64,000 bases of DNA from an uncultured Gemmatimonadales bacterium (GTDB lineage Bacteria > Gemmatimonadota > Gemmatimonadetes > Longimicrobiales > Gaopeijiaceae). The DNA lies in assembly GCA_963809895.1 (NCBI GenBank), contig CAWELD010000010.1, positions 704,001 to 768,000 on the forward strand, written 5' to 3'. Below the pieces are notes generated by a model. That model was not told the DNA's origin. It searched no databases and saw only the letters and a program-made list of their open reading frames with translations. Shown in pieces: positions 1 through 9,751 of the stretch (within the stretch, counting starts at the first letter, position 1; every line of letters starts with the position of its first letter). Position numbers and translations under genes: made by a program.

Positions 1-1
1 C

Positions 2-583
2 GCCAGGGTACACTTCATCGCGGCCCTGCCCCCTCGCGTCGAGGCCCGAGTGACGAGCACCGCGCCGATCCCCCTGTTCGCGCCCAGGAGCTGGTTCGCG
101 CCCATCGGCGCGGGTGGGGTGGTGGTCGGCCGGAGCGACCGTGCTCGCTTCACGTATGTCTCCGACGCCGGCGAGCCGGTCGCGGTCATCGAAGCCCCCA
201 TGGAGCCGGCGCCCGTGCCCGAGAGTGACGAGCCGGGAATCCTCGAGGAATTCCACGAAGAGGCGGGCCCGGGCTCGGCGGCCGCGGGCACGCGGATCGC
301 CGACCACTATCCGGTGTGGGATCTGCTCTGGCCGCTGGGGGATTCGCTCTTCGCACTCCAGCAGAGCCGCCGCAGCACGCCCCTGGGCGAGCCCCCGATC
401 CCGTCCGGCCAGCTCGTGTGGCGCATCTTCGCCGTCGACGGCCGCTACCTGGGAGCCGCCATCCTGCCGCCGGGATTCGCGCAGCCCTACTGGATCGAGG
501 GCGAGCGCGTCATCGGCACCCGCCGCGATTCGCTGGGTGTGGCGACCATCGAGGCGTACCGGCTGAAGCGGCCGGCGGGGTGA
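2..583 (+). CDS. 6-bladed beta-propeller protein, C-terminal part (runs in from before the window)
   Basis: Frame is open from base 2. C-terminus WRIFAVDGRYLG...RRDSLGVATIEAYRL matches the paralogues in this window. Confidence 0.75.
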   Translation, partial: ARVHFIAALPPRVEARVTSTAPIPLFAPRSWFAPIGAGGVVVGRSDRARFTYVSDAGEPVAVIEAPMEPAPVPESDEPGILEEFHEEAGPGSAAAGTRIADHYPVWDLLWPLGDSLFALQQSRRSTPLGEPPIPSGQLVWRIFAVDGRYLGAAILPPGFAQPYWIEGERVIGTRRDSLGVATIEAYRLKRPAG

Positions 584-586
584 GGG

Positions 587-1679
587 ATGAGGCTGCAGCT
601 CGTTGCGGGGTGGGCGTGGGTCACCGTCCTGCTGCCGGTGGGCCCGTCGCGGGGCAGGAGGCCACGGCCGCGAGAGATCTCTGGTGGAGCGGGTCTCGCT
701 GGGTGCCGGTGCCGCGCCGCGGTCATCTTCGATCGAGTGATGGACGGGGCGTTCGATGCCGGCGGCTTCTGGGTGCTGGAGCGGATCAGCTGCGGGCGTT
801 CGGCGGGGACGGGACGGTGCGCGCGCAGCTCGGGAGGGCAGGGAGCGGGCGGGGGAGTTCCTGACCGCGGCTCGCCTGCGGATCGACTCGCTGATCGACG
901 TTTACGATCCGCAGCTCTCGCGAGAATCGGTCTTCGCCCGCACCGGCGAGTTCGTCGCGACACGCTCAATGCCGTCGTTGGGAGGCTTCGGCTCCGCCCT
1001 GCGACTTCCTCTCGCGGGCGGGGCGTTCCTCGTCGTCACCACCCCACGCTTCTCGATGTCGCCCGCCGGTCACGATCCGTATTCCCGCGTCGCTCTGGCG
1101 ATCGGGGAACGGCTCGACACGGTGGCGTCGATCCGATCCAGCGGAGGTCTCTGGCAGCACGGCTCGGCATACGGGGTGTTCGAGACGGATCTGGGAGACG
1201 GTGGCGCGTGGGCGCTCGCCGCCGACTCGGTGCTCGCGCTGGTGGATGGCTATGCGGGGCAGGTGGAATGGCGTTGTGCCCCGCGGTTCGACGTGTGCGC
1301 CAGACACGAGTTGGCCGAGCCGGCGGCCAACCGGCGAGCGGTCGATCGTGCCGCACTGGTCCAGCGAGCGACGGAGCAATCCCGCCGGCCACTCCGGAGC
1401 GATGAGGTGGTGGACGCGCCAGTCCGTCGGTCCGGCGCCACCGGGGCAGCCCTGTCGTCCGACGGGCGGTGGCTTTGGGTGCAAAACGACGGCGACTACC
1501 GAGGCGGCGAGCGATACACGGTGGTGGATCGGGAGCGAGGCCCTGCGGGCGTGGTCACTTTCGCGACACCGACGCGCTTGCTCGCCGTCTCCCCCGACGG
1601 CCTGCTGATTCGGCGCCAGGGCGAGTTCGAAGAGACCATCGTCGAGTGGCTCGATTGGCGGCGCTGGCCTCCGTTCTGA
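587..1679 (+). pseudogene. 6-bladed beta-propeller exported protein with several apparent frameshifts in the 5' part
   Basis: A signal peptide starts at 587. Propeller-like segments (VIFDRVMDGAFD, QLRAFGGDGTVRAQLGRAGSG, EFLTAARL) lie in three different frames between about 645 and 860. One frame then runs to 1679. Confidence 0.6.
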
Positions 1680-1774
1680 GCCGCGCCGGACCGAACGCCC
1701 GAGCATGGCGCGGCCGGGTGGGTGCGGACATCTTGGGCGGACCCCCGCCACGGAGCCGCCGGAGGACGCATCTG

Positions 1775-2515
1775 ATGACGCAGCGTGCCGTCGACACATC
1801 ACCCATCATTCACGCGCGGCTTGCCGGCCTCGGGTATCTGATCATCATCTTCGCGGGGATCTTCGCGGAGTTCTTCGTCCGCTCGAGCCTGATCGTGCCT
1901 GGCGACGCCACCGCCACGGCTGCCAACCTGATGGCGTCCAACTCGCTGTATCGAGCCGGAATCGCCAGCGAGTTCGTGATGCTCCTCTGCGACGTCTTCG
2001 TCGCGGGGGCGCTCTACGTGGTGTTCCGATCGGTGAACCGGAACCTGGCGCTGCTGGCCGCGTTCTTCCGGCTCGCCCACGCGTCCATCGTCGCCGTCAA
2101 CCTGCTCAACACCTGGGTGCCGCTGCTTCTCGTGGGCGATGCCGGGTATCTCGCCGTCTTCAGCACCGAGCAGCTCCACGCTCTGGCCCTGCTCCTGCTG
2201 GAAGCGCACAGCTACGGATACGTGATCGGTCTGGTGTTCTTCGGTGCCCACTGCGTGTTGCTGGGCTATCTCGTGATCCGATCCGGCTTTCTTCCGAAAG
2301 GGCTCGGCTTCCTGCTGTTGGTCGCCGCGGGGGGCTATCTCGCCGACGGCTTCGGCCGCACGCTGCTCGCCGACTACGCCCGCTACGAAAACGTCTTCTT
2401 GCTGGCGGTGTTCGTGCCGGCGTTCATCGGCGAGCTCTCCTTCTGCCTCTGGATGCTGTTCAAGGGGATCGACGTCCGGCGGTGGCAGCTGCGGTACCAG
2501 AGTGCGCAATCTTGA
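1775..2515 (+). CDS. DUF4386-family multi-pass membrane protein
   Basis: GGAGG precedes ATG 1775. ARLAGLGYLIII...LIVPGDATATAANL motif and several TM helices. Confidence 0.8.
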   Translation: MTQRAVDTSPIIHARLAGLGYLIIIFAGIFAEFFVRSSLIVPGDATATAANLMASNSLYRAGIASEFVMLLCDVFVAGALYVVFRSVNRNLALLAAFFRLAHASIVAVNLLNTWVPLLLVGDAGYLAVFSTEQLHALALLLLEAHSYGYVIGLVFFGAHCVLLGYLVIRSGFLPKGLGFLLLVAAGGYLADGFGRTLLADYARYENVFLLAVFVPAFIGELSFCLWMLFKGIDVRRWQLRYQSAQS

Positions 2516-2535
2516 TCTTCGTGTGGAGGTGACAA

Positions 2536-2964
2536 GTGAAGAAAGTGACTGGTCTGGGAGGGCTGTTCTTCCGGAGCGGGAATCCCAAGGAACTGGTGGA
2601 GTGGTATCGCGCCCATCTGGGTATCGACGCGGCTCCCTGGGGTGGATTCGCCTTCCAGTGGCGCGAGCGCGAACAGCCGGAGCAGGTGGGATACACCGTC
2701 TGGAGTGCGTTTCCCCAGGACACCGACTACTTCGGGTCCGGCGCGCACGAGTTCATGATGAATTTCCGGGTCGACGACCTGGACGGGCTCCTCACGGCGC
2801 TCCGGTCCGAGGGGGTCGAGGTCGTGGGCGACGTACAGACCGAACCCAACGGTCGATTCGCGTGGATCCTGGACCCCGAAGGCCGCAAAATCGAGCTGTG
2901 GGAGCCGGTGCCCTCGGCCGAAGACCCCTACCTCGGGGGAGAGTCGGCGGGAGGTAGGGATTGA
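2536..2964 (+). CDS. VOC/glyoxalase family protein
   Basis: KVTGLGGLFF...WYRAHLG...MMNFRVDDLD...GRFAWILDPEGRKIELWEP. Confidence 0.9.
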   Translation: MKKVTGLGGLFFRSGNPKELVEWYRAHLGIDAAPWGGFAFQWREREQPEQVGYTVWSAFPQDTDYFGSGAHEFMMNFRVDDLDGLLTALRSEGVEVVGDVQTEPNGRFAWILDPEGRKIELWEPVPSAEDPYLGGESAGGRD

Positions 2965-3197
2965 GCATCGCCATCGACGAGGCCCGCCGCGGCGAGCTCG
3001 TGAGGCGGCTCCGGGGCTTCTTCATCGAGGAATTCGACGAGGAGCTGAGCGTGTTCCGCGCCGAGCAGATCCTCGACTTCATGGCCGAGGCGCTGGGCCC
3101 GGCCGTCTACAATCAGGCGGTACAGGACGCCCGCAAGTTCATGCAGGAGCGCTTGGACGACCTGGCGGGTGACGTGTACGAGCCCGAGGTCGTGTAG
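2961..3197 (+). CDS. DUF2164-family small protein
   Basis: FFIEEFDEELSVFRAEQILDF...GPAVYNQAVQDA. Start overlaps the upstream stop. Confidence 0.8.
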   Translation: MSIAIDEARRGELVRRLRGFFIEEFDEELSVFRAEQILDFMAEALGPAVYNQAVQDARKFMQERLDDLAGDVYEPEVV

Positions 3198-3204
3198 GGT
3201 GCGC

Positions 3205-3590
3205 ATGGACTTCGACCTCCACCGGAGCGTGGCCGTGCTCGAGCGGCGCCTCTAAACTCTCGAATTTTGCCCCCGCCGCTTCCCGCCCTTCGACCGCTTT
3301 CGCCACCTGGAGGCCAACCAGGGAAAGACGCTGAGTGACCTGCTCGAGCGTTTTGCCCAGCTCCGGACCCGGAATCTCGAGGAACTGGCCGAGCTGGAGA
3401 TCGGACCGGCCGAGCTTCGCCTCACCGGTGTGCATCCAGAGTTCGGAACCGTGACCCTGGAGCAGCTTCTGGCGACCTGGGTGGCCCACGACCTGGGCCA
3501 CATCGCCCAGATCGCCCGCGTGATGGCGAAGCAGTACAAGGAGGCGCTGGGCCCCTGGGAGGCCTATCTGCCGGTGCTGCACCGGGACCG
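3205..3590 (+). pseudogene. DinB-family protein, disrupted (in-frame stop plus internal deletion)
   Basis: MDFDLHRSVAVLER, then TAA at 3253-3255, then the same frame continues FPPFDRF...HPEFGTVTLEQLLATWVAHDLGHIAQIARVMAKQY. The usual N-terminal His-containing segment is missing and there is no stop at the expected end. Confidence 0.75.
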
Positions 3591-3768
3591 CCGCGGACGA
3601 GCCGGCCCCGATCGGGCCCGAGCGTTCCAGGCGGGTGGGGCCACGCTTCTGTGCCGCGCGTCCACTCCGGGATCGTTCTCGACCGGTAGTGGCGCAGCAG
3701 TGCGTGGGTCGTACCGTGTCGGACGCCGACACCCCCCCACCCGGTCTGATTCCGGAAGGCACCTCCAT

Positions 3769-4722
3769 TTGAGCCTCCAATACCTGACACTCCTCGCGCT
3801 CCTGATAACGGTGGCGCAGGCGTATCTCACGGTGAACAAGCTCTGGATCCGCAAGCACGAGCCGGCCGTGGCCGAGAGCGTCTCGATCATGGGCGAAACA
3901 CTCGGGCTGGCACCCACGGCGATTCTCGCGGTGAACTTCACGGTCCATGGGAGCTGGGAAGGAGCGATGGACGGCCTGGTCTGGACGGTGGTGGGCCTGG
4001 TCACGCTCCTGATCGGCACGGGACGGTGGGTCGAGGGCAAGCGCCGCCGAAGCTTGTGGACCTTGATCCGTCAGGCCCTCTCCGTGGAGAAAGACGAGGT
4101 CGGCGACCTCGCCCGGAGCTTTCTCCGGCCCTCCGGGGCCCGACAGATTCTCCGGATCCTCGGGCAGGTGGCTTTGATCGACCAGGATCTGGACGAGCGC
4201 GAGCAGTCCTTCATCGAGGCGTTCGCCGAGAGCTGGGGACTCCGGTTCTCCTGGGACGAGCTGCGTGGGGAGGTCGAAGGCGGGCAGCTCGATTTCGTGA
4301 CCCTGCGTCGCGCCCTGGAGGAGTACCTGCACTTGTCGCCGCCGCCGGCTCAGGCCAGCCAGTTGGGGGACGTGCTCGGGGCCCTGGTGGCGATCGACGA
4401 GCAGACCACGGGACAGGAGGAGCTCATCCTGGCCGAGCTCCAGGGGATGCTTGCGGGATACGTGAATCGAGACGATCCGGAGCAGGGATGGGGCGTTGCC
4501 ATCGTGCCGCAGGATTCGGCGCAGGACACGGCCATCGCCACCCTGCTTCCAGGCGTTTCCAAGCGAAAGGTGGAGGGTGGGAGCGCCTTCGTGCTCGGTC
4601 CGTATTATTCGGCTCGCTACGCTGACATGATCGGTGATCAGTACCGCTCCCTGGATTTCTTCGCCACGGTGGTGCGCGTGCCACACGACGAACCGGGAGG
4701 AACCCGATCCCATGCGGCGTGA
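3769..4722 (+). CDS. Membrane protein with TerB-like domain
   Basis: N-terminal TM helices, then two TerB-like motifs (VALIDQDLDEREQSFI, LVAIDEQTTGQEELIL). The TTG 3769 start is uncertain. Confidence 0.65.
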   Translation: MSLQYLTLLALLITVAQAYLTVNKLWIRKHEPAVAESVSIMGETLGLAPTAILAVNFTVHGSWEGAMDGLVWTVVGLVTLLIGTGRWVEGKRRRSLWTLIRQALSVEKDEVGDLARSFLRPSGARQILRILGQVALIDQDLDEREQSFIEAFAESWGLRFSWDELRGEVEGGQLDFVTLRRALEEYLHLSPPPAQASQLGDVLGALVAIDEQTTGQEELILAELQGMLAGYVNRDDPEQGWGVAIVPQDSAQDTAIATLLPGVSKRKVEGGSAFVLGPYYSARYADMIGDQYRSLDFFATVVRVPHDEPGGTRSHAA

Positions 4723-5515
4723 GCGTCTTGTCCTGACGGGTGTCCTGTGCGCACTCCTGATGCCTTCACCCGCCCGTGCCCAACTCGGTGCCATCGAGGC
4801 TTTTGCGCGCCGGGTTTCCGACCTGTCCTTCTATTTTGCCACGGGGGGACTCGCCGGCTCACAGTCAGCCCTGGAACGGAAGGCGGGTGGAGTCACCGCG
4901 TTCGGTGTGGAGCTCCTTTTCGAGGTAACGGAGATCGATCGCCCGGTGCCCGGAGCCGCGACGCCGTCCCAGCCGGATTCGGTGCGCCGGGTCTGGACCA
5001 CCATGGAGGTGACCCACTCGGCGGATGGTGTGGATACCGTCTACACGTACGAGGTCGAGCGGTTGCCCACGCCAGTGGCGCCTACCGAGGCCGTGTGGGT
5101 CGTGGAGATGGGGCTCGGCTATGGCCAGCTGCAGGGATACGAGCTCGAGGATCCGTCGCTCGACATGAACGTCGCGGTGCGGGATCTACCCTCGGTGACG
5201 CTCTATGCCAGCTACGAACCGTGGGGCAACTATTTCGGGCTGCGTACCGGCTTCATGCGCACCCAGGCGCTCCAGGTCATCGACCAGGTCGGCGAGGGCT
5301 TCACCGGTGACGTGGACGCCTTCCTGTTCGGAGGCCTGGTTGGTTACGCCTTCGCCTTCGAGAACCTCTGGGCCTTCATCGAGACGGCCTACACGCTCCG
5401 GAAATTCCCGAGCGTGGAGTGGCGCGGGTCGGCCCCCTTTCCGCCGGGACTGCCGAGGGAATTGAACATGAGCGCGTGGTCGGTGAGCGCCGGGATCCAG
5501 GTTCCCTTCCGGTAG
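4712..5515 (+). CDS. Exported protein, probable outer-membrane beta-barrel
   Basis: Signal peptide ending ARA-Q, alternating strands, C-terminal WSVSAGIQVPF. Confidence 0.6.
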   Translation: MRRERLVLTGVLCALLMPSPARAQLGAIEAFARRVSDLSFYFATGGLAGSQSALERKAGGVTAFGVELLFEVTEIDRPVPGAATPSQPDSVRRVWTTMEVTHSADGVDTVYTYEVERLPTPVAPTEAVWVVEMGLGYGQLQGYELEDPSLDMNVAVRDLPSVTLYASYEPWGNYFGLRTGFMRTQALQVIDQVGEGFTGDVDAFLFGGLVGYAFAFENLWAFIETAYTLRKFPSVEWRGSAPFPPGLPRELNMSAWSVSAGIQVPFR

Positions 5516-5582
5516 CGCATAGGCTAGCGTGCAAGTTGCCCCGATACGACATTGGCGGCAGCGGACCGGAAAGGGAGTCTTC

Positions 5583-6086
5583 ATGAACGCACGATATTTC
5601 GCGCTCGCGATCCTGGGGTTCGTGATCGGTTGTGCCTCGACGCCGATCGGGGATACTGCGCCCCTCCCGGCCGAAACGCCTCAGGACGTCGTTCGATATC
5701 CGGCCTGTGACCCTGCGCCGTGGGGCCGGGAGGATGCTCCCCGGCAAGGCGGCGAGGCTTCGGCCGAGGTGACGCTCTGGCCCAGGCTAGAGAATCAGAT
5801 GCAGGTTCGGTTCGCGATGGAGCACGCCTTCACCCGGGCAGTCATGGACTCCATGAGTGCGGGTGGCCCGAAGTCGATGACGGTGAGGGTGGTCTATGAC
5901 GTCTACATCGACCCGACGGGTGAGGTCACGGACATACAGGTGGCGGAAAGCACCGGCGACGAGGCGCTCGACGCTGACGGCCTCGAGGCCGCACGAAGAG
6001 CCAGGTTCACCAGGCGCTGCAGGGGGATGCGGGGTCGGCGTGTGGATGCAACTCCCGATGATGCTCCGAGTGGGTGTCGGGGGTGA
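5583..6086 (+). CDS. Lipoprotein with TonB C-terminal domain (3' end apparently frameshifted)
   Basis: Lipobox FVIGC. VYIDPTGEVTDIQVAESTGDEALDADGLEAARRARFT. The terminal strand VGVWMQLPM is in another frame. Confidence 0.7.
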   Translation: MNARYFALAILGFVIGCASTPIGDTAPLPAETPQDVVRYPACDPAPWGREDAPRQGGEASAEVTLWPRLENQMQVRFAMEHAFTRAVMDSMSAGGPKSMTVRVVYDVYIDPTGEVTDIQVAESTGDEALDADGLEAARRARFTRRCRGMRGRRVDATPDDAPSGCRG

Positions 6087-6096
6087 GGCTCCGGGA

Positions 6097-7317
6097 TCAG
6101 CGCGTCAACGATTCCGGGAGCTCTCCACGCACGACCGTGGGCACGTCGAGCGAGTCCAGAACCAGAGCGTAGATCCGATTGTGCCGGACGCGGATGGGAA
6201 AGTAGGCCGACGGCGTGAAGGCCAGTTTCGCGGAGCCCTGGTAGGTACCTGCCGTGTCGAAGACGTCGTAGCGCGGCGGCGCGTCCTGGTCATGACTTCG
6301 TTCGACCCACAAGCGGCGCTGATCGTCCATGAAGAGGTGGGCGAGCGCGGGCTTGGTTTCGGGCGACAGCGCTACGATCTCTTCGGCGGCACGCCGGGCA
6401 TCGGGCGTCCGTTCTACGAGTGCGTCGACCCATCCAGCCCGGTCCTCGGCGGTCACCGGGAGCGACGGCACGTCGGCTTCGATGATCAACACCGTGTCAC
6501 CTTGCTCGTCCAGGCGAGCGATGCGGTAGGTCGTGTTGTCGGTGGTCCAGAATCCCCCCGCGCGATCCACGAGGGTGATGGGGTGCGCGTCGAAGGGGAT
6601 CCCGTAGTATCGATATCCGTTCGAAGTTCGCGATATGAACGACCGATACGTCTCGGGGCCGAGATAGACGGAGTCCTCCACCTCCGTGGTCGGGTCGTAG
6701 CTCTTCAGAAAAGCCTGAGCAGGCGCTTCCTGAAGCCCCTCCTCTGGCGGATAGACTCGCTCGGCGTCCGAGTAGGAGTCGGGCTTCCAGATGCGGCCCG
6801 CGTCGTCGACGGTGCCACTCCAGATATAGCCATACGACCGCACATGCATGGGAATCCGCCGGGACTCGCCGCTTCTGAGATCGATCCCCATCATCACCCA
6901 CTTTCCGTAGTCCTGGACCCAGAGCAGGGTGTCGCCAGCGAGGATCATCCCGTTGGCCTCGCTGAGCTCGCCGGGTCCTTCGCCCTTGGATGCCACCGTG
7001 CGGACGAAGGCGCCGTTCTCGTCGAACGCCCAGATCTCCGGGCCCTGGTAGTCGAGGACGTAGATCGTGCCGTCGCTCGTCGCATCGATGCCGCGGATAT
7101 CACCGAAGAGCCGCTCCGGGTCTCCGCTCGCATCTGGGAGTACCAGGTCCTGCTCGATCACAGGGATGTCATCGTCAGGAAGCGCGGCGTAGTGCACCAC
7201 GACGGTCCCGTCGGGAAGCGTCTCCCGGCTCGCCCCCGCCGCGGGCTGCGAGTCGCGCGGGGCGCATGCAGCGATGATCAACGGGACGGCGACCAGGGCA
7301 ATCCATCCGCCTCGCAT
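6097..7317 (-). CDS. 6-bladed beta-propeller lipoprotein
   Basis: GAGGAG RBS, lipobox IAAC, KGEGPGEL motif, C-terminal LDSLDVPTVVR. Confidence 0.85.
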   Translation of the reverse strand: MRGGWIALVAVPLIIAACAPRDSQPAAGASRETLPDGTVVVHYAALPDDDIPVIEQDLVLPDASGDPERLFGDIRGIDATSDGTIYVLDYQGPEIWAFDENGAFVRTVASKGEGPGELSEANGMILAGDTLLWVQDYGKWVMMGIDLRSGESRRIPMHVRSYGYIWSGTVDDAGRIWKPDSYSDAERVYPPEEGLQEAPAQAFLKSYDPTTEVEDSVYLGPETYRSFISRTSNGYRYYGIPFDAHPITLVDRAGGFWTTDNTTYRIARLDEQGDTVLIIEADVPSLPVTAEDRAGWVDALVERTPDARRAAEEIVALSPETKPALAHLFMDDQRRLWVERSHDQDAPPRYDVFDTAGTYQGSAKLAFTPSAYFPIRVRHNRIYALVLDSLDVPTVVRGELPESLTR

Positions 7318-7474
7318 GAGAGCTCCTCGTGAGGGGTGCGAGCACAGGTCGACACGATAAGGTGCGACCGACGAAATCGACAAGTGTAGGAACTGGAGGG
7401 GCAGGCGCGCGTGGCCGCGCGAGCGCCGCCGACGCATGTTGAGGCGCTGGAACGGATCGATCCAGGGAGGAGAA

Positions 7475-8686
7475 GTGGCGAGACGGACGATGGCGAGTTG
7501 GGCTCTGGTGGGATGCGGGTCGTGGGTGCTCGTCGGCTGCAGCGATGCCGGAGATGGGGCCCCGACCTCGACTCTCGCGCATCGCACGGACACGGTCGGG
7601 GGGATTACGGTCATGCACAGCTCCGGGCGTGCCCCGGAGTGGACCCTGGAACCTCTCCTGTCGCTGGGCTCCGAAGCCGCGGTGGGTGACCCCGCGCCCG
7701 ACGAGTTCGGACAGATCACGAGCGTCGTGACCGACGACGACGGTGATCTCTGGGTCGCCGACGCGCAGAACCACGAGATCCGCGTGTTCGCACCCGACGG
7801 TGCGCTACTCCGGCGCATCGGCCGGGAAGGGCAGGGGCCCGGCGAGTTTCTGTCTCTCTACTCGCTGGCGTGGGTGGGTGATACGCTGCTCGCTCTGGAT
7901 TTCGGAAACGGCCGGATCGGTGAGTTGTCACCGCAAGGCGAGTGGCTGGGCACGCGGCCTGCACCCGGACGGGTCTCGGGTCCGGCGTCGATGCTCCGCC
8001 TCTATGCCGTGAGCGACACCCAGGTCTATCAGTGGTCCATCAAGCAGGTGGACGGGCAGGTGCGCCGCACCTGGGTCGAGCAGGGCATCGACGGCGTGGG
8101 CGAGGAGTGGGTGCAACAGACTCCGACCGCGCCTGAACCCACCACCGTGGTGTGCGACCGGCCCGACGGTGCCATCAGCTTCTTCGACGTGCCGTTCGGA
8201 GGGAAGATGCTGGAGCACCCGGCGGGGGCGGGGGACACCTGGGTGGCATGGTCGCCGGACTACCAGCTGGCGTTGGTCGCTCCGGACGGGGACACCCTAC
8301 GCCTCGTGGAGCGGGCCTGGGACCCCCTGCCGATCCTGGATGCCGAGTGGGACAGTGCCACGGTGGAGTTCGAGGACTTCCGTGAGGAGTGGCCCGACGC
8401 GGGCTGCCGGCCGTCGGCGCCTCCGCGCCCCGAGATGAAGACGGCCCTGCGGAACCTGCTCGTCGACACCGAGGGCCGGCTCTGGGTCGAGATCTACACC
8501 GAGACGGGGACGGCGTGGGAGGTGTTCGATCCCTCGGGCGCCCTGCGCGGTCGGGTCGAGGGATTTTCGTACGACGAGCGCGTCGCACCTTCGATCCGAC
8601 AGGGGCTCGTGGCCTGGGTGTCGAGAGACTCGCTGGGCGTGCAGCGTGCCCACACGGCGCGGGTGCGGGAGTCCGGGCGAGAGTGA
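7475..8686 (+). CDS. 6-bladed beta-propeller lipoprotein
   Basis: GGAGG plus GTG start, LVGC lipobox, IGREGQGPGEF, RDSLGVQR. Confidence 0.85.
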   Translation: MARRTMASWALVGCGSWVLVGCSDAGDGAPTSTLAHRTDTVGGITVMHSSGRAPEWTLEPLLSLGSEAAVGDPAPDEFGQITSVVTDDDGDLWVADAQNHEIRVFAPDGALLRRIGREGQGPGEFLSLYSLAWVGDTLLALDFGNGRIGELSPQGEWLGTRPAPGRVSGPASMLRLYAVSDTQVYQWSIKQVDGQVRRTWVEQGIDGVGEEWVQQTPTAPEPTTVVCDRPDGAISFFDVPFGGKMLEHPAGAGDTWVAWSPDYQLALVAPDGDTLRLVERAWDPLPILDAEWDSATVEFEDFREEWPDAGCRPSAPPRPEMKTALRNLLVDTEGRLWVEIYTETGTAWEVFDPSGALRGRVEGFSYDERVAPSIRQGLVAWVSRDSLGVQRAHTARVRESGRE

Positions 8687-9174
8687 GCTGGGTCGTGGGA
8701 ACACTGGGGCTGACCGTCATCCTGGGGATCAGCCTGCTCACGTCTCGGGCCCGGCCTTTCGCTCGGCTCGAGGAGCCTGCCCGCAAGCGCCTGAGGGTCG
8801 TGGCCGGGGTGGCGGTCGCCATGCAGGCAGCCCATTTCGTCGAGGAACTCCGTACCGGGTTTCCACAGGCCTTTCCGTCGATCCTGGGGCTCCGACCCTG
8901 GAGCACGGCTCCCTTCGTAGTCTTCAACGTCGGTTGGCTGGCGATCTGGGTTGTGGCGCTCCGCGAGGCGCCGCGGGGCCGCCGCCTGGCCGAGTGGCCG
9001 CTCTGGTTCCTGGGTCTGGCGATGACGGTGAATGGCGTCGCGCACCCACTTCTGGCGGTGCGGGCCGGCGGCTACTTTCCGGGGCTCTGGACGTCGATCC
9101 CGTCGGCCGTCGTGGGCGTGATGCTCTTGCGGGAGCTGACGAGAATCAGTGGTCCCAGAGGCGCCCTGCCGTGA
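8683..9174 (+). CDS. HXXEE-domain membrane protein
   Basis: AAHFVEE motif, GYFPGLWTS, TM helices. Coupled to the upstream stop. Confidence 0.75.
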   Translation: MSWVVGTLGLTVILGISLLTSRARPFARLEEPARKRLRVVAGVAVAMQAAHFVEELRTGFPQAFPSILGLRPWSTAPFVVFNVGWLAIWVVALREAPRGRRLAEWPLWFLGLAMTVNGVAHPLLAVRAGGYFPGLWTSIPSAVVGVMLLRELTRISGPRGALP

Positions 9175-9185
9175 TGCAGCGCTGC

Positions 9186-9722
9186 TCAGGCCTGGTAATT
9201 CCAGGCCGTTGGAGGGAGGGAGCGCACGGCGGCACGAATGTCGAGAACCCTCGCATCGGCGAGGGTGCGAAAGGCACGGCCGCTCAGGGTGCACACCAGC
9301 CCGCTGTCCAGCACCGCGGATCGACCGTAGAGCCTCCCGTTTCCCGGAGCTCCGGCGATGGATCCCTTCAGGTAGACCCCACCTCGTTCCCGCACCCGGT
9401 CGGCTACGAACGCCAGCAGACGGAGTGCCACGGCCCGCCCCCTGAACGGCGGCTCGACGTAGAGATCCATGACCTCGGCGCCCCAGATGCAGTGATGCAG
9501 GTCGTAGGACGGGGACCACGACACGAAGCCGATCGCCCGCTCATCGATGTGCGCGACGGCAAGGGTGAGGCGACGGACGGCGAGCGCGCGCTCGAGTAGG
9601 CCGGCCTCGCCCGACCAGGGCAAGGCGTAGGTCTCCTCCATGTAGGCGCGGATCATGCGGACGGCGGATTCGATATCGGCTTTCTGGGCCAGGCGCACGC
9701 TGACCTCGAGTTCAGACGGCAT
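9186..9722 (-). CDS. GNAT family N-acetyltransferase
   Basis: DLYVEPPFRGRAVALRLL acetyl-CoA motif. Confidence 0.8.
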   Translation of the reverse strand: MPSELEVSVRLAQKADIESAVRMIRAYMEETYALPWSGEAGLLERALAVRRLTLAVAHIDERAIGFVSWSPSYDLHHCIWGAEVMDLYVEPPFRGRAVALRLLAFVADRVRERGGVYLKGSIAGAPGNGRLYGRSAVLDSGLVCTLSGRAFRTLADARVLDIRAAVRSLPPTAWNYQA

Positions 9723-9751
9723 CTGAACGGGCTCTCTCTGGTTGAAGGCTC

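Noticed and set aside
3430..4722. 430-aa DinB-TerB fusion protein
   Set aside because: The linker is low-complexity and looks non-coding, and the DinB part is disrupted. Treated as two loci.
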